Sequence record: DRR723986_10634
Strand: one strand, 5' to 3'
DNA length: 44,707 nucleotides
Made by a program: the position numbers and the translations under genes. The notes beneath the pieces were generated by a model. It searched no databases and was not told where the DNA came from. It saw nothing but the letters and a program-made list of their open reading frames with translations. Below are positions 8,232-16,573 of this stretch, one piece after another. Each line of letters opens with the position of its first letter. Position 1 is the stretch's first letter.

Positions 8232-10670
8232 ATGAATAAATATTCAGCGTTAGTTATTCTTTTTATTTTCATAGTAGCCTCCTCTAGTGTATTCGCTCAG
8301 GAAATCCGCATCAAAGGAAAAGTTATGGATGGCAAACGTGAATCTGCCTTGGAGTTTGCAAATGTTGCTTTACTTTCCCCCAATGATTCCGCACTTGTCA
8401 CAGGAGGAATGAGTGAGCTTGATGGAAGCTTTGATTTTACAAGCCCTGCAGGAGAGTATATTTTGAGGGTGGGTTTTATTGGTTACTTGGAGTTCTATGA
8501 GAAAATCATTCTTAGTGAAAACAAAAACTCAGTAAACTTGGGCACGATCACGCTGGAAGAAGATGCTCAAAATCTCGATGAAGTGGTGGTAGAAGGTGTG
8601 ACCTCCATGTTTGAATCTGACATAGATAAACGAACCTATAATGTGGAAAACAGTATCGTGGCAGAGGGTCAAACTGCGTCACAGCTGCTGAGTACACTCC
8701 CCTCGATTCAAGTAGATGATGAAGGTGGTATCACCATGCGAGGAAGCGGAAATATATTGATTTACATCAACGGACGCCCGTCCAATCTTTCCGGAGATGA
8801 TACCGAAAGTATTTTGTCACAATTTCCTGCAAATAGTATAAAATCGGTAGAACTAATAACCAACCCATCTTCTCGGTACGATGCTACTGGTGTTGGCGGG
8901 ATTATAAATATCGTGTTGAAAAAGAACGAAAAGACAGGATTTAATGGACAGTTGAATGCTTCCATCGGCACAAGAGAAAAATATCAAGCTGGTGTTAATC
9001 TGAATTATGGGACAGAGAAGGCTAATTTCTACGCTTCATATAACTGGCAAGATCGCCGTCAGATAGAAACTGGAGAGGGCTCACGAACAAATTACCTAGA
9101 GGGATTTTCTCCAAGTTTGGAGCAAGATCAGGATGGATATGAATTGGAAAAGACGCATCTGATACGGACAGGTGTAGATTACAATGTTTCAGAAAGAGGA
9201 TTGTTAGGAGTTTATTTTCAGGGCAATTTCGATGATGAAGTTGAGTATTCAGATGTAACCCAACTCAATATCAGTCAGACTGGCTCAGTAGATTCGAGTT
9301 TTGTTCGGCAAAACAATGAATGGAGCTCCAGCGGAAATTACGAAGGGGGGATTAATTATACTTTAAATTTTGATAGCCTTGGTCAAAAGCTCTATACCTC
9401 GTTTTCATACTCTTACGACAACCGCTCACAGACTGACTACTCCAATCAAGAATATTTTGATGCTGACGGCAATTCTGACCCGGTTAAGAGGCTGATTCAG
9501 ACAAATGATAGACCTAGAACCAGTAATCTCTATGTGGCGCAATTGGATTATGAGAAGCCTTTTCAAAATGGAGCTTCCATAGAAATAGGGCTAAAAGCTA
9601 CATTGGGCAATTGGCAATGGAGTCAGGAATTTGCCCAAGGCGATCAGTTTACAGATTTTGATCCAGTTGTGGTAGATACACTGTCGGATACCTTTGATTT
9701 TGATGAGTATGTATACGCTGGATATTTCACCTACAGAAATACCAAGGGGAAATTTGGTTATCAGCTAGGTCTGAGAGGGGAATACACCGAGACCCAAGGA
9801 GAAACAGTGAGAACTAATGAAAGCATTCCAAATAATTATTTCAATGTATTTCCTAGTGCATTTTTTAGCTACACAATAGCTCCAGAAAATGAATTGACTT
9901 TGAACTATACCCGGAGAATCTCCCGGCCGAGCATTTGGGATTTGGCACCTATTTACAGAGTGAGGGATCAGTATAACTTTAGCATAGGTAATCCTTACTT
10001 GCAGCCGGAATTTACCGACAGCTATGAAGTTGGCTATATGAAGGGTTGGGAAAAATATCTCCTTAACGCCACCGTTTACCATCGCTACAGCACTGATGTA
10101 GAAACTAGGATTACCATTTTGACCGACGATAATGTGGCAATACAAAGTCGGCAAAATGCAGATACCAGGTCCAGTACGGGTTTTGAGTTGATCAATCAGA
10201 TTCAGGTATCCAATAATCTGGATGCTACCTTGACGGGGAATTTATTTTATTCTCGAATCAACGCGGAGAATATTGAGGAAAGTTTCAGTAATGAAAATTT
10301 CAGTTGGACTTTAAACCTGCTTGCCAACTGGTTGATCCCAAATTGGTTTAATGTACAGTTTCAAGGAAATTACCGTGGTCCGATTGTATTACCTCAAGGT
10401 CAAATAGAACCTCAGTATAGTTTGAATGTTGGTTTGCGAAAAGATATTTTTGATGGCAAAGCGACGATTTCTGCTAATGTTAGCGATATTTTCAATACTC
10501 GGAATTTTAGGATTACTACTAATAACCCCCGTTTTGATGAGAAGCGTGTTTTTCAGCGGGAAACTCGAGTGGGTACCTTGGCTTTTACTTATAGATTCGG
10601 TGGTTTTAAAGAAAAACCAGGTCAAAATGAAAGCCGCAGAGAAGGCGGTGATGGTGGAGATGACTTTTAG
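8232..10670 (+). CDS. TonB-dependent receptor-like outer-membrane beta-barrel protein
   Basis: Signal peptide (VFA-Q), CarboxypepD_reg-like N-domain, LDEVVV, plug (ITNPSSRYDATGVGGIINIVLKK), GNPYLQPE, C-terminal FTYRFG. Confidence 0.88.
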   Translation: MNKYSALVILFIFIVASSSVFAQEIRIKGKVMDGKRESALEFANVALLSPNDSALVTGGMSELDGSFDFTSPAGEYILRVGFIGYLEFYEKIILSENKNSVNLGTITLEEDAQNLDEVVVEGVTSMFESDIDKRTYNVENSIVAEGQTASQLLSTLPSIQVDDEGGITMRGSGNILIYINGRPSNLSGDDTESILSQFPANSIKSVELITNPSSRYDATGVGGIINIVLKKNEKTGFNGQLNASIGTREKYQAGVNLNYGTEKANFYASYNWQDRRQIETGEGSRTNYLEGFSPSLEQDQDGYELEKTHLIRTGVDYNVSERGLLGVYFQGNFDDEVEYSDVTQLNISQTGSVDSSFVRQNNEWSSSGNYEGGINYTLNFDSLGQKLYTSFSYSYDNRSQTDYSNQEYFDADGNSDPVKRLIQTNDRPRTSNLYVAQLDYEKPFQNGASIEIGLKATLGNWQWSQEFAQGDQFTDFDPVVVDTLSDTFDFDEYVYAGYFTYRNTKGKFGYQLGLRGEYTETQGETVRTNESIPNNYFNVFPSAFFSYTIAPENELTLNYTRRISRPSIWDLAPIYRVRDQYNFSIGNPYLQPEFTDSYEVGYMKGWEKYLLNATVYHRYSTDVETRITILTDDNVAIQSRQNADTRSSTGFELINQIQVSNNLDATLTGNLFYSRINAENIEESFSNENFSWTLNLLANWLIPNWFNVQFQGNYRGPIVLPQGQIEPQYSLNVGLRKDIFDGKATISANVSDIFNTRNFRITTNNPRFDEKRVFQRETRVGTLAFTYRFGGFKEKPGQNESRREGGDGGDDF

Positions 10671-10698
10671 AAAAGCATAAGGTTTTCTATTTTTAACA

Positions 10699-11415
10699 AT
10701 GAGTGAATTAACAGCGCAAGTAATTGCAGCTCTTTCTGACAAAGCAAATCCCGTAAAAGCCGCATTCTTTCCTAGATTTTTCAAATCAAAGCCAGGAGGA
10801 TACGGCGAGGGAGATCAGTTTCTCGGAGTAATTGTGCCCGAACAGCGTAAAGTGGCTAAGGCGGTCTTCAAAGAAATCAGTTTTAAGGAAATAACTGTGC
10901 TCTTGCAAAATAAATATCACGAGGTCAGGTTGACGGCTATATACATTTTGGTATATCGATATCAAAAATTAAAGACAAATTCCGAGCAGAAACAGTTGGT
11001 TGAATTTTATTTGAGCAAACTTGATTATGTGAACAATTGGGACTTGGTTGACAGCTCTTGCCATCATATTTTAGGTCATTACTATTTAAGTAAAGATAAG
11101 TCTCTTTTCTACGAATTAGCTGATTCAGGCCATCTTTGGAAGCAAAGAGTAGCAATGATAAGCTGTTATTATTGGATCAAGAGAGGGCATTTTGAAGATG
11201 CGTTAGCACTGGCCGAGAAACTCCTCCATCATGAGCATGATTTGATTCATAAAGCTGTTGGCTGGATGCTTCGGGAAATAGGAAATGTTGATTTTGAAGT
11301 CGAAATGGAGTTTTTGAGAAAGTATTACAAGACGATGCCACGAATGGCTTTGCGGTACGCTATTGAAAAGTTTGATCCGGAATTGAGAAGACAATTCCTA
11401 AAAGGTGAACTCTAG
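10699..11415 (+). CDS. DNA alkylation repair protein (AlkD-like HEAT-repeat glycosylase family)
   Basis: GYGEGDQFLG, HEVR, NNWDLVD, KAVGWMLRE, LRYAIEK. Confidence 0.88.
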   Translation: MSELTAQVIAALSDKANPVKAAFFPRFFKSKPGGYGEGDQFLGVIVPEQRKVAKAVFKEISFKEITVLLQNKYHEVRLTAIYILVYRYQKLKTNSEQKQLVEFYLSKLDYVNNWDLVDSSCHHILGHYYLSKDKSLFYELADSGHLWKQRVAMISCYYWIKRGHFEDALALAEKLLHHEHDLIHKAVGWMLREIGNVDFEVEMEFLRKYYKTMPRMALRYAIEKFDPELRRQFLKGEL

Positions 11416-11510
11416 CCTAAGTTTTTATCAAAACAAATTTTCTGTACGCAGAACCAATTTCCTTTCTTTGCACTTAGAAATACGAATACTCATAAAAAAG
11501 TAAAAAATAC

Positions 11511-12113
11511 ATGCAAAAGCCCGATTTCAACATCGAAGAAGTAAATAAAATCATCCGAGGACGTAGATCCATGTTTGCGGCACAGTTCAAAGAAAATGAT
11601 CCAATAGATGATAGCATCATCGAAGAAATCCTGGAAAATGCGCGTTGGGCTCCTACTCACAAATTAACTCAACCATGGAGATTTATAGTGTACACAGGTG
11701 AGGGGCTAAAGAAGTTTGCGGATTATCAAGCCGATATGTACAAAATGCGAGCTGAGAAGAACGGTACGCCATTTTTGGAAGGAACTTATGAAAAGTTCAA
11801 ACAGCAGCCATTGAAAGCTTCACACATGATTGCTATAATTTTGAAAAGATCAGCAGGAATTCCACTGATGGAAGAGATTGCTGCAGTTTCTATGGCTGTT
11901 CAGAATATGTATTTAACAGCTTCGGCTCATGGTTTGGCGGCTTATTGGGGGACTGGTGGGCCTACTTTCTGGCAGGAAGCAAGAGAAGATTACGGACTCG
12001 AAGGTGAAGACACGCTTATGGGCTTTTTCTACATAGCTAAGCCAGCTACGGATAATTGGCCAGAGGGCAAACGAGATTCCCTCGAAGAAAAAGTAGCTTG
12101 GGTAAGAGGATAA
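11511..12113 (+). CDS. Nitroreductase family protein (YdjA-like)
   Basis: RRS FMN-binding start, APTHKLTQPWRF, AVQNMYL...GLAAYWGTG. Confidence 0.9.
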   Translation: MQKPDFNIEEVNKIIRGRRSMFAAQFKENDPIDDSIIEEILENARWAPTHKLTQPWRFIVYTGEGLKKFADYQADMYKMRAEKNGTPFLEGTYEKFKQQPLKASHMIAIILKRSAGIPLMEEIAAVSMAVQNMYLTASAHGLAAYWGTGGPTFWQEAREDYGLEGEDTLMGFFYIAKPATDNWPEGKRDSLEEKVAWVRG

Positions 12114-12128
12114 TCTACTTATAAATGT

Positions 12129-12164
12129 AAAAGCGGCTATGAAATTAATCATAGCCGCTTTTTT
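12129..12164. terminator. Bidirectional intrinsic terminator
   Basis: Perfect 14-bp inverted repeat AAAAGCGGCTATGA/TCATAGCCGCTTTT between convergent genes. Confidence 0.9.
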
Positions 12165-12181
12165 ATGCATCTAACTTGTTT

Positions 12182-12712
12182 CTAGAAACCCACAAAAGCT
12201 GGAGGCTCTGCTCCTTGGACTCTTAAGTAAGCAATTGCAGATCCTCTGTGATGTGTGGAATGATCCATAAGTAAAGCCATCACTTGGCGCCTTGTTACTT
12301 TGTTGCCAAAAACTTCAATAGCCTCACCCGCATCGGCATCAGAAAGTGCCTTCATTGTAGTAGTTCCATAGTCATAGCATTTTGCAACGTAAGCGGCCAA
12401 ATCAGCCTTTGAAGCAGTAGCTAGATCAATTGTAAATCCAGGATCGCCTCCTTTTAGGAAGCCCTGAGAGATTCCTACGATTGCATTTCCAATGTGATGG
12501 ATTTGCTCTTTGAAAGACATAGCCTCTGGATCAGTTTTGTAATCCATGCCAGAGTCAGGCATTTTGTTAAGCACATCAATAGTGAATTGCTTACTATTTT
12601 GCCATTTGCTCATAAACTCGTCCTTTGTCGTTTGCGCTGTGGCTGCTGAGGCAACCAACAGAAAAATGGCAAGTATCAAACTGCCGGAGATGGTTTTTAT
12701 TGATTTTTCCAT
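12182..12712 (-). CDS. Secreted DinB/YfiT-family protein
   Basis: Signal peptide (ATA-Q), MSFKEQIHH, DHSTHHRG His motif, YLR. Confidence 0.85.
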   Translation of the reverse strand: MEKSIKTISGSLILAIFLLVASAATAQTTKDEFMSKWQNSKQFTIDVLNKMPDSGMDYKTDPEAMSFKEQIHHIGNAIVGISQGFLKGGDPGFTIDLATASKADLAAYVAKCYDYGTTTMKALSDADAGEAIEVFGNKVTRRQVMALLMDHSTHHRGSAIAYLRVQGAEPPAFVGF

Positions 12713-12787
12713 TTGAATTGGGATTGGTTGTTTGGTTAAATTTCATTTATTCCCCAGCCAAATCAAACACTTTCTCTAATTTTAAGC

Positions 12788-13363
12788 ATGAGGAAATATC
12801 TAGGGCTAGTTTTGATATTAGTAGGTACAGTTGCCTGTGAGCAAACTTACCTACCCAAACCGCCGGGCTATAATCGAATTGATTTGCCTGACCATTCATT
12901 TGAAAGGCTAACTACAGGGTATCCGTATCAAATTGATTATTCCATTTATTCGAAGGTGGAAGCAGATACTTTCAATTTGGCTGAAGAAGATTGGGTCAAT
13001 TTAAATTATGAGGAGTTTGGGGCAAAGGTGCACTTAACTTATAAGCGAATAGATGGAGACAAGGTTAATTTTAAAAAATTATCCAACGATGCCTTTCGAC
13101 TGACAGCACAGCATCAAGTGAAGGCTTATGGAATAGAGGAAGCAGTACTTTTAACGCCTGAGGGGTATACAGGAGTAGTTGCTGAGCTCACTGGAGAGGT
13201 GCCTACGCAGTTTCAGTTTTTTGTAACTGATTCTACGCAGAATTTTTTGAGAGGTGCCCTGTACTTTAATACGGCTATGAAAAATGATTCTCTTGCTCCG
13301 GTAATAGAATTCATCAAGGAGGACATGGCCCACTTGATGAATTCAGTAAAATTTGTGGATTAA
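12788..13363 (+). CDS. gldD: Gliding motility lipoprotein GldD
   Basis: Lipobox TVAC, PKPPGYNRI, QFFVTDSTQNFLRGALYF, NDSLAPV. Confidence 0.92.
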   Translation: MRKYLGLVLILVGTVACEQTYLPKPPGYNRIDLPDHSFERLTTGYPYQIDYSIYSKVEADTFNLAEEDWVNLNYEEFGAKVHLTYKRIDGDKVNFKKLSNDAFRLTAQHQVKAYGIEEAVLLTPEGYTGVVAELTGEVPTQFQFFVTDSTQNFLRGALYFNTAMKNDSLAPVIEFIKEDMAHLMNSVKFVD

Positions 13364-15135
13364 CTCAATTTTTTCCAGGATCTGATGATAATGACACCAC
13401 CAGCTAGAGCAATTGCTCCGGCGATAAATCCTCCCAGCAAATTGCCGTAAATAAAGAAACCAGTGGAAAATAAGGCTGCATAAACCATCACGGAACCAAT
13501 CATCATTAGTCCGATTTCTTTTGGTAGTTGTCCGATAACTTGCTTCTCAGCAGGATATCTATCCAATACTTTTTTCCAGCCAAATGCAGCTGGAGTGACT
13601 TTTCTATAAAAGGAAAGTAGTACTTCATCCTTCTCTGGAGCAGTCATGAACGTTACGATCAACCATCCAATAGTGGTAATACTTACACTATAGATTAGCT
13701 TCAGGTAAGCTTGATTTTCAGGGATCATGATCCAGTTTACTTTTGGGTTGATAACCTCAAAGAAGATCGCTACTACAAAGGAAATCGCCATGGCGGAGAT
13801 CTCGGTATAAGCGTTAATTCTCCACCAGAACCATCTCAGAATAAAAATCAGACCAGTTCCTGCGCCAATTTGAAGTAATATGTTGAATGCATCTAAAGCA
13901 CTGGAAAGGGCCAAAGCTAGTATTGCTGACAGCATCATGAGCACCACAGTGGAGATTCTACCTACAGCCACCAACTCTTTGTCGGATGCTTCTGGCTTCA
14001 TAAATCTCAGGTAGAAATCATTGACGATGTACGAAGATCCCCAGTTCAAATGCGTAGAAAGGGTAGACATCACCGCAGCAATTAAGGATGCTAGAACAAT
14101 ACCTATTAGACCTGTTGGCAGGTAAGTCAACATAGCCGAATATGCTAAATCATCTCCCAATTTATCTGCTGGGATATTTGGAAAAGCTGTTTGTAGATCT
14201 GAGATATTTGGGAATATAATCAAGGATGCTAGTGCAATCAGAATCCACGGCCATGGTCGCATGGCGTAGTGGGCGATATTGAAAAACAACGTAGCACCTA
14301 TTGCATTTTTTTCATCTTTGGCAGAAAGCATACGCTGAGCGATGTATCCTCCTCCTCCAGGCTCAGCGCCTGGATACCATGTTGCCCACCATTGGATAGC
14401 GATTGGCATCAAGAAAAGTGGGATGTATGCATTCGGATTAGAGAAATCAGGAAGGAAATCAAGTTTACCAGCTACATTTTCGTGGGTTAACAGATTGTTC
14501 AAACTACCAATCTCCGGAAGGTCAATGATAAAATATGCTGCTCCGAACGAGCCTATCATTGCGATAAAAAACTGGAAGAAATCTGTGAGCAATACGCCCT
14601 TCAAACCACCAAGAGAGCTATATACTACGGTTACAATAGAAGCAATCAACAAAGTTTGAATAGGGGTAAGTCCAAGCATTACTCCGCCTATTTTAATCGC
14701 GGCAAGTGAAACGGTTGCCATGATTACCACATTGAAGAAAACGCCAAGATAGATTGCTCGGAATGCTCTCAAGAAAGCTGCGCCTTTCCCAGAATATCGT
14801 AATTCGTAGAATTCTAAGTCAGTAGTAACTTCAGATCGTCTCCACAGTTTAGCATAGACAAATACTGTCAGCATGCCAGTAAGTAAGAATGCCCACCATG
14901 CCCAGTTACCGGCAACACCGTTTTTTCTCACGATGTCAGTCACCAAATTTGGTGTATCTGCTGAGAAAGTAGTTGCTACCATTGATACGCCCAGCAACCA
15001 CCAAGGCATGTTTCTCCCCGATAGAAAAAATTCTTTGGCAGAAGACCCTGCCTTTTTCGATGTGTAAAGCCCTATTAAGAGGGAAATGACAAAGAAAGCA
15101 GCAATGATCGACCAGTCTATGGCGGTAACATTCAT
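13360..15135 (-). CDS. Sodium:solute symporter (SSS) family transporter
   Basis: FFLSGRNMPWW, SMVATTFSADTP, GGLKGV..TD, AQRMLSAKDE, AAVMSTLS; many TM helices. Stop overlaps the gldD stop (TTAA at 13360-13363). Confidence 0.93.
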   Translation of the reverse strand: MNVTAIDWSIIAAFFVISLLIGLYTSKKAGSSAKEFFLSGRNMPWWLLGVSMVATTFSADTPNLVTDIVRKNGVAGNWAWWAFLLTGMLTVFVYAKLWRRSEVTTDLEFYELRYSGKGAAFLRAFRAIYLGVFFNVVIMATVSLAAIKIGGVMLGLTPIQTLLIASIVTVVYSSLGGLKGVLLTDFFQFFIAMIGSFGAAYFIIDLPEIGSLNNLLTHENVAGKLDFLPDFSNPNAYIPLFLMPIAIQWWATWYPGAEPGGGGYIAQRMLSAKDEKNAIGATLFFNIAHYAMRPWPWILIALASLIIFPNISDLQTAFPNIPADKLGDDLAYSAMLTYLPTGLIGIVLASLIAAVMSTLSTHLNWGSSYIVNDFYLRFMKPEASDKELVAVGRISTVVLMMLSAILALALSSALDAFNILLQIGAGTGLIFILRWFWWRINAYTEISAMAISFVVAIFFEVINPKVNWIMIPENQAYLKLIYSVSITTIGWLIVTFMTAPEKDEVLLSFYRKVTPAAFGWKKVLDRYPAEKQVIGQLPKEIGLMMIGSVMVYAALFSTGFFIYGNLLGGFIAGAIALAGGVIIIRSWKKLS

Positions 15136-15410
15136 AGTATATTAGATTAAGGAGTTCTTTAAATTTTTTCGAAAATAACTTTCTACTTAAATGATAAATT
15201 TTGCTAATGTATTTATTTTCTATCAAACAGGAAAAGACTTTACCGAAGATTACACAGAATTTTGGCAAGTCGGCTCTTCTGCAATATAAAATGTGCTTTT
15301 ACTTTTAGTAAGAAAATCCATTTGTGTCAACAATGAGGTATAGATGGGTATAATCTCACTTTTGGATAGATTTTTCTCTGTCTGATAATTCTGAATTGGA
15401 TACGATACTA

Positions 15411-15418
15411 TAGCTTTG
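15411..15418 (+). promoter_or_regulatory. -7 promoter box directly upstream of kinase ATG
   Basis: TAGCTTTG, only 4 nt before ATG 15423. Confidence 0.55.
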
Positions 15419-15422
15419 GGCC

Positions 15423-16487
15423 ATGATTAAGGAAGACATCGCCGGTATTCTGGCACATTATACTTTTAACTCTTTTGAGAATTTTGAATTTCAGGCATTT
15501 GGTGCAGGTTTGATTCATGGTACTTATTTGATTGAGACCGGAGATGCGAAATTCATTTTGCAGGAATTTAACAACGGGGTGTTCCAATATCCTGAGCGTA
15601 TTTCTCACAATCAAAGATTAGTTAAATCTCAGGGAAATGATACTTTTCTGCCATTTCAGTTGCCTCTGCCTATCCTAAACTCAAATAATAAATTAATCAC
15701 AACGGTGCACGGCCGTCTTTTCCGACTGTTTGAATTCGTTTCAGGGCAGACTATCCAAGAAATCTCAGAGCTAGATCAGGCCTACCTGGCTGCAAAGGCT
15801 TATGGAGTATTTGCGGAATGGGGAAAGGAAATAGATACCACCCAGCTGCAGGAATGCATCCCAAATTTCCATCGCTTGGATCTGCGCTTTGCAAAGCTGC
15901 AGGAAGTCGCTGCAGGGAAAGCTGCGCTTTCAAAAGAGGATCAGGCAATTTTGGATTTCTATTTGAATCAGAAGGATTTGATTTCGGCCTATCTGGAATT
16001 CCAAGCTATTCTTCCAAATCGACTAACCCACAACGATACAAAAATCAACAATCTGATTTTTTCACATGATCTTCAAAAAGTGGAAGCTGTAGTCGATTTG
16101 GATACCTTGATGAGCGGATTCTTGATGTATGATTTTGGGGATTTGGTACGAACCGTGGCTTGCTCCGTATCTGAGACCAGTCAGAGTTGGGAGGAGATCA
16201 AAGTGGAAATCCCTGTCTTCGAACAATTGCTCAAAGGCTACTGGGGAGGAATTAAAACTTTGGCTACCGAAGAGGAAGCTAAATCCTTGCTTCTGGCAGG
16301 GGAAGTAATGATATGCATTATGGGCCTTCGCTTTTTCACTGACCACCTCCAAGGTAACGTATATTATAAAGTGGAATATCCTGAACAGAATTTTCACCGG
16401 GCAAAAAACCAAATGCTTTTACTGCAAAGTCTTCAGGAAAATAAGGTTGAAATAGAGAAAATCTGGAAGGCTGTCACACAATCCTAA
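15423..16487 (+). CDS. APH-fold phosphotransferase, N-acetylhexosamine 1-kinase (NahK)-like
   Basis: GAGLIHGTY, IPNFH, THNDTKINN catalytic loop, VDLDTLMSG, DFGDLVRT, RFFTDHLQGNVYYK, NFHRAKNQ. Confidence 0.8.
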   Translation: MIKEDIAGILAHYTFNSFENFEFQAFGAGLIHGTYLIETGDAKFILQEFNNGVFQYPERISHNQRLVKSQGNDTFLPFQLPLPILNSNNKLITTVHGRLFRLFEFVSGQTIQEISELDQAYLAAKAYGVFAEWGKEIDTTQLQECIPNFHRLDLRFAKLQEVAAGKAALSKEDQAILDFYLNQKDLISAYLEFQAILPNRLTHNDTKINNLIFSHDLQKVEAVVDLDTLMSGFLMYDFGDLVRTVACSVSETSQSWEEIKVEIPVFEQLLKGYWGGIKTLATEEEAKSLLLAGEVMICIMGLRFFTDHLQGNVYYKVEYPEQNFHRAKNQMLLLQSLQENKVEIEKIWKAVTQS

Positions 16488-16573
16488 AATTGTATTCTGA
16501 CAATTCCGGTCATTTTTTATTGGCAATTGGACTGAGTGGGTTTAATTTGTCCTAACCCAAAAATCAATTTTCC

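Noticed and set aside
10699..12712. AlkD-like, nitroreductase and DinB genes as a dedicated toxin self-resistance cluster
   Set aside because: All three families are common in Bacteroidota, DinB is convergent and secreted, and there is no biosynthetic gene or shared regulator.
15423..16487. Aminoglycoside-resistance phosphotransferase
   Set aside because: The motifs (HNDTK, DLDT, RFFTDHL..YYK) fit the NahK-like sugar kinase branch and there is no mobile context.
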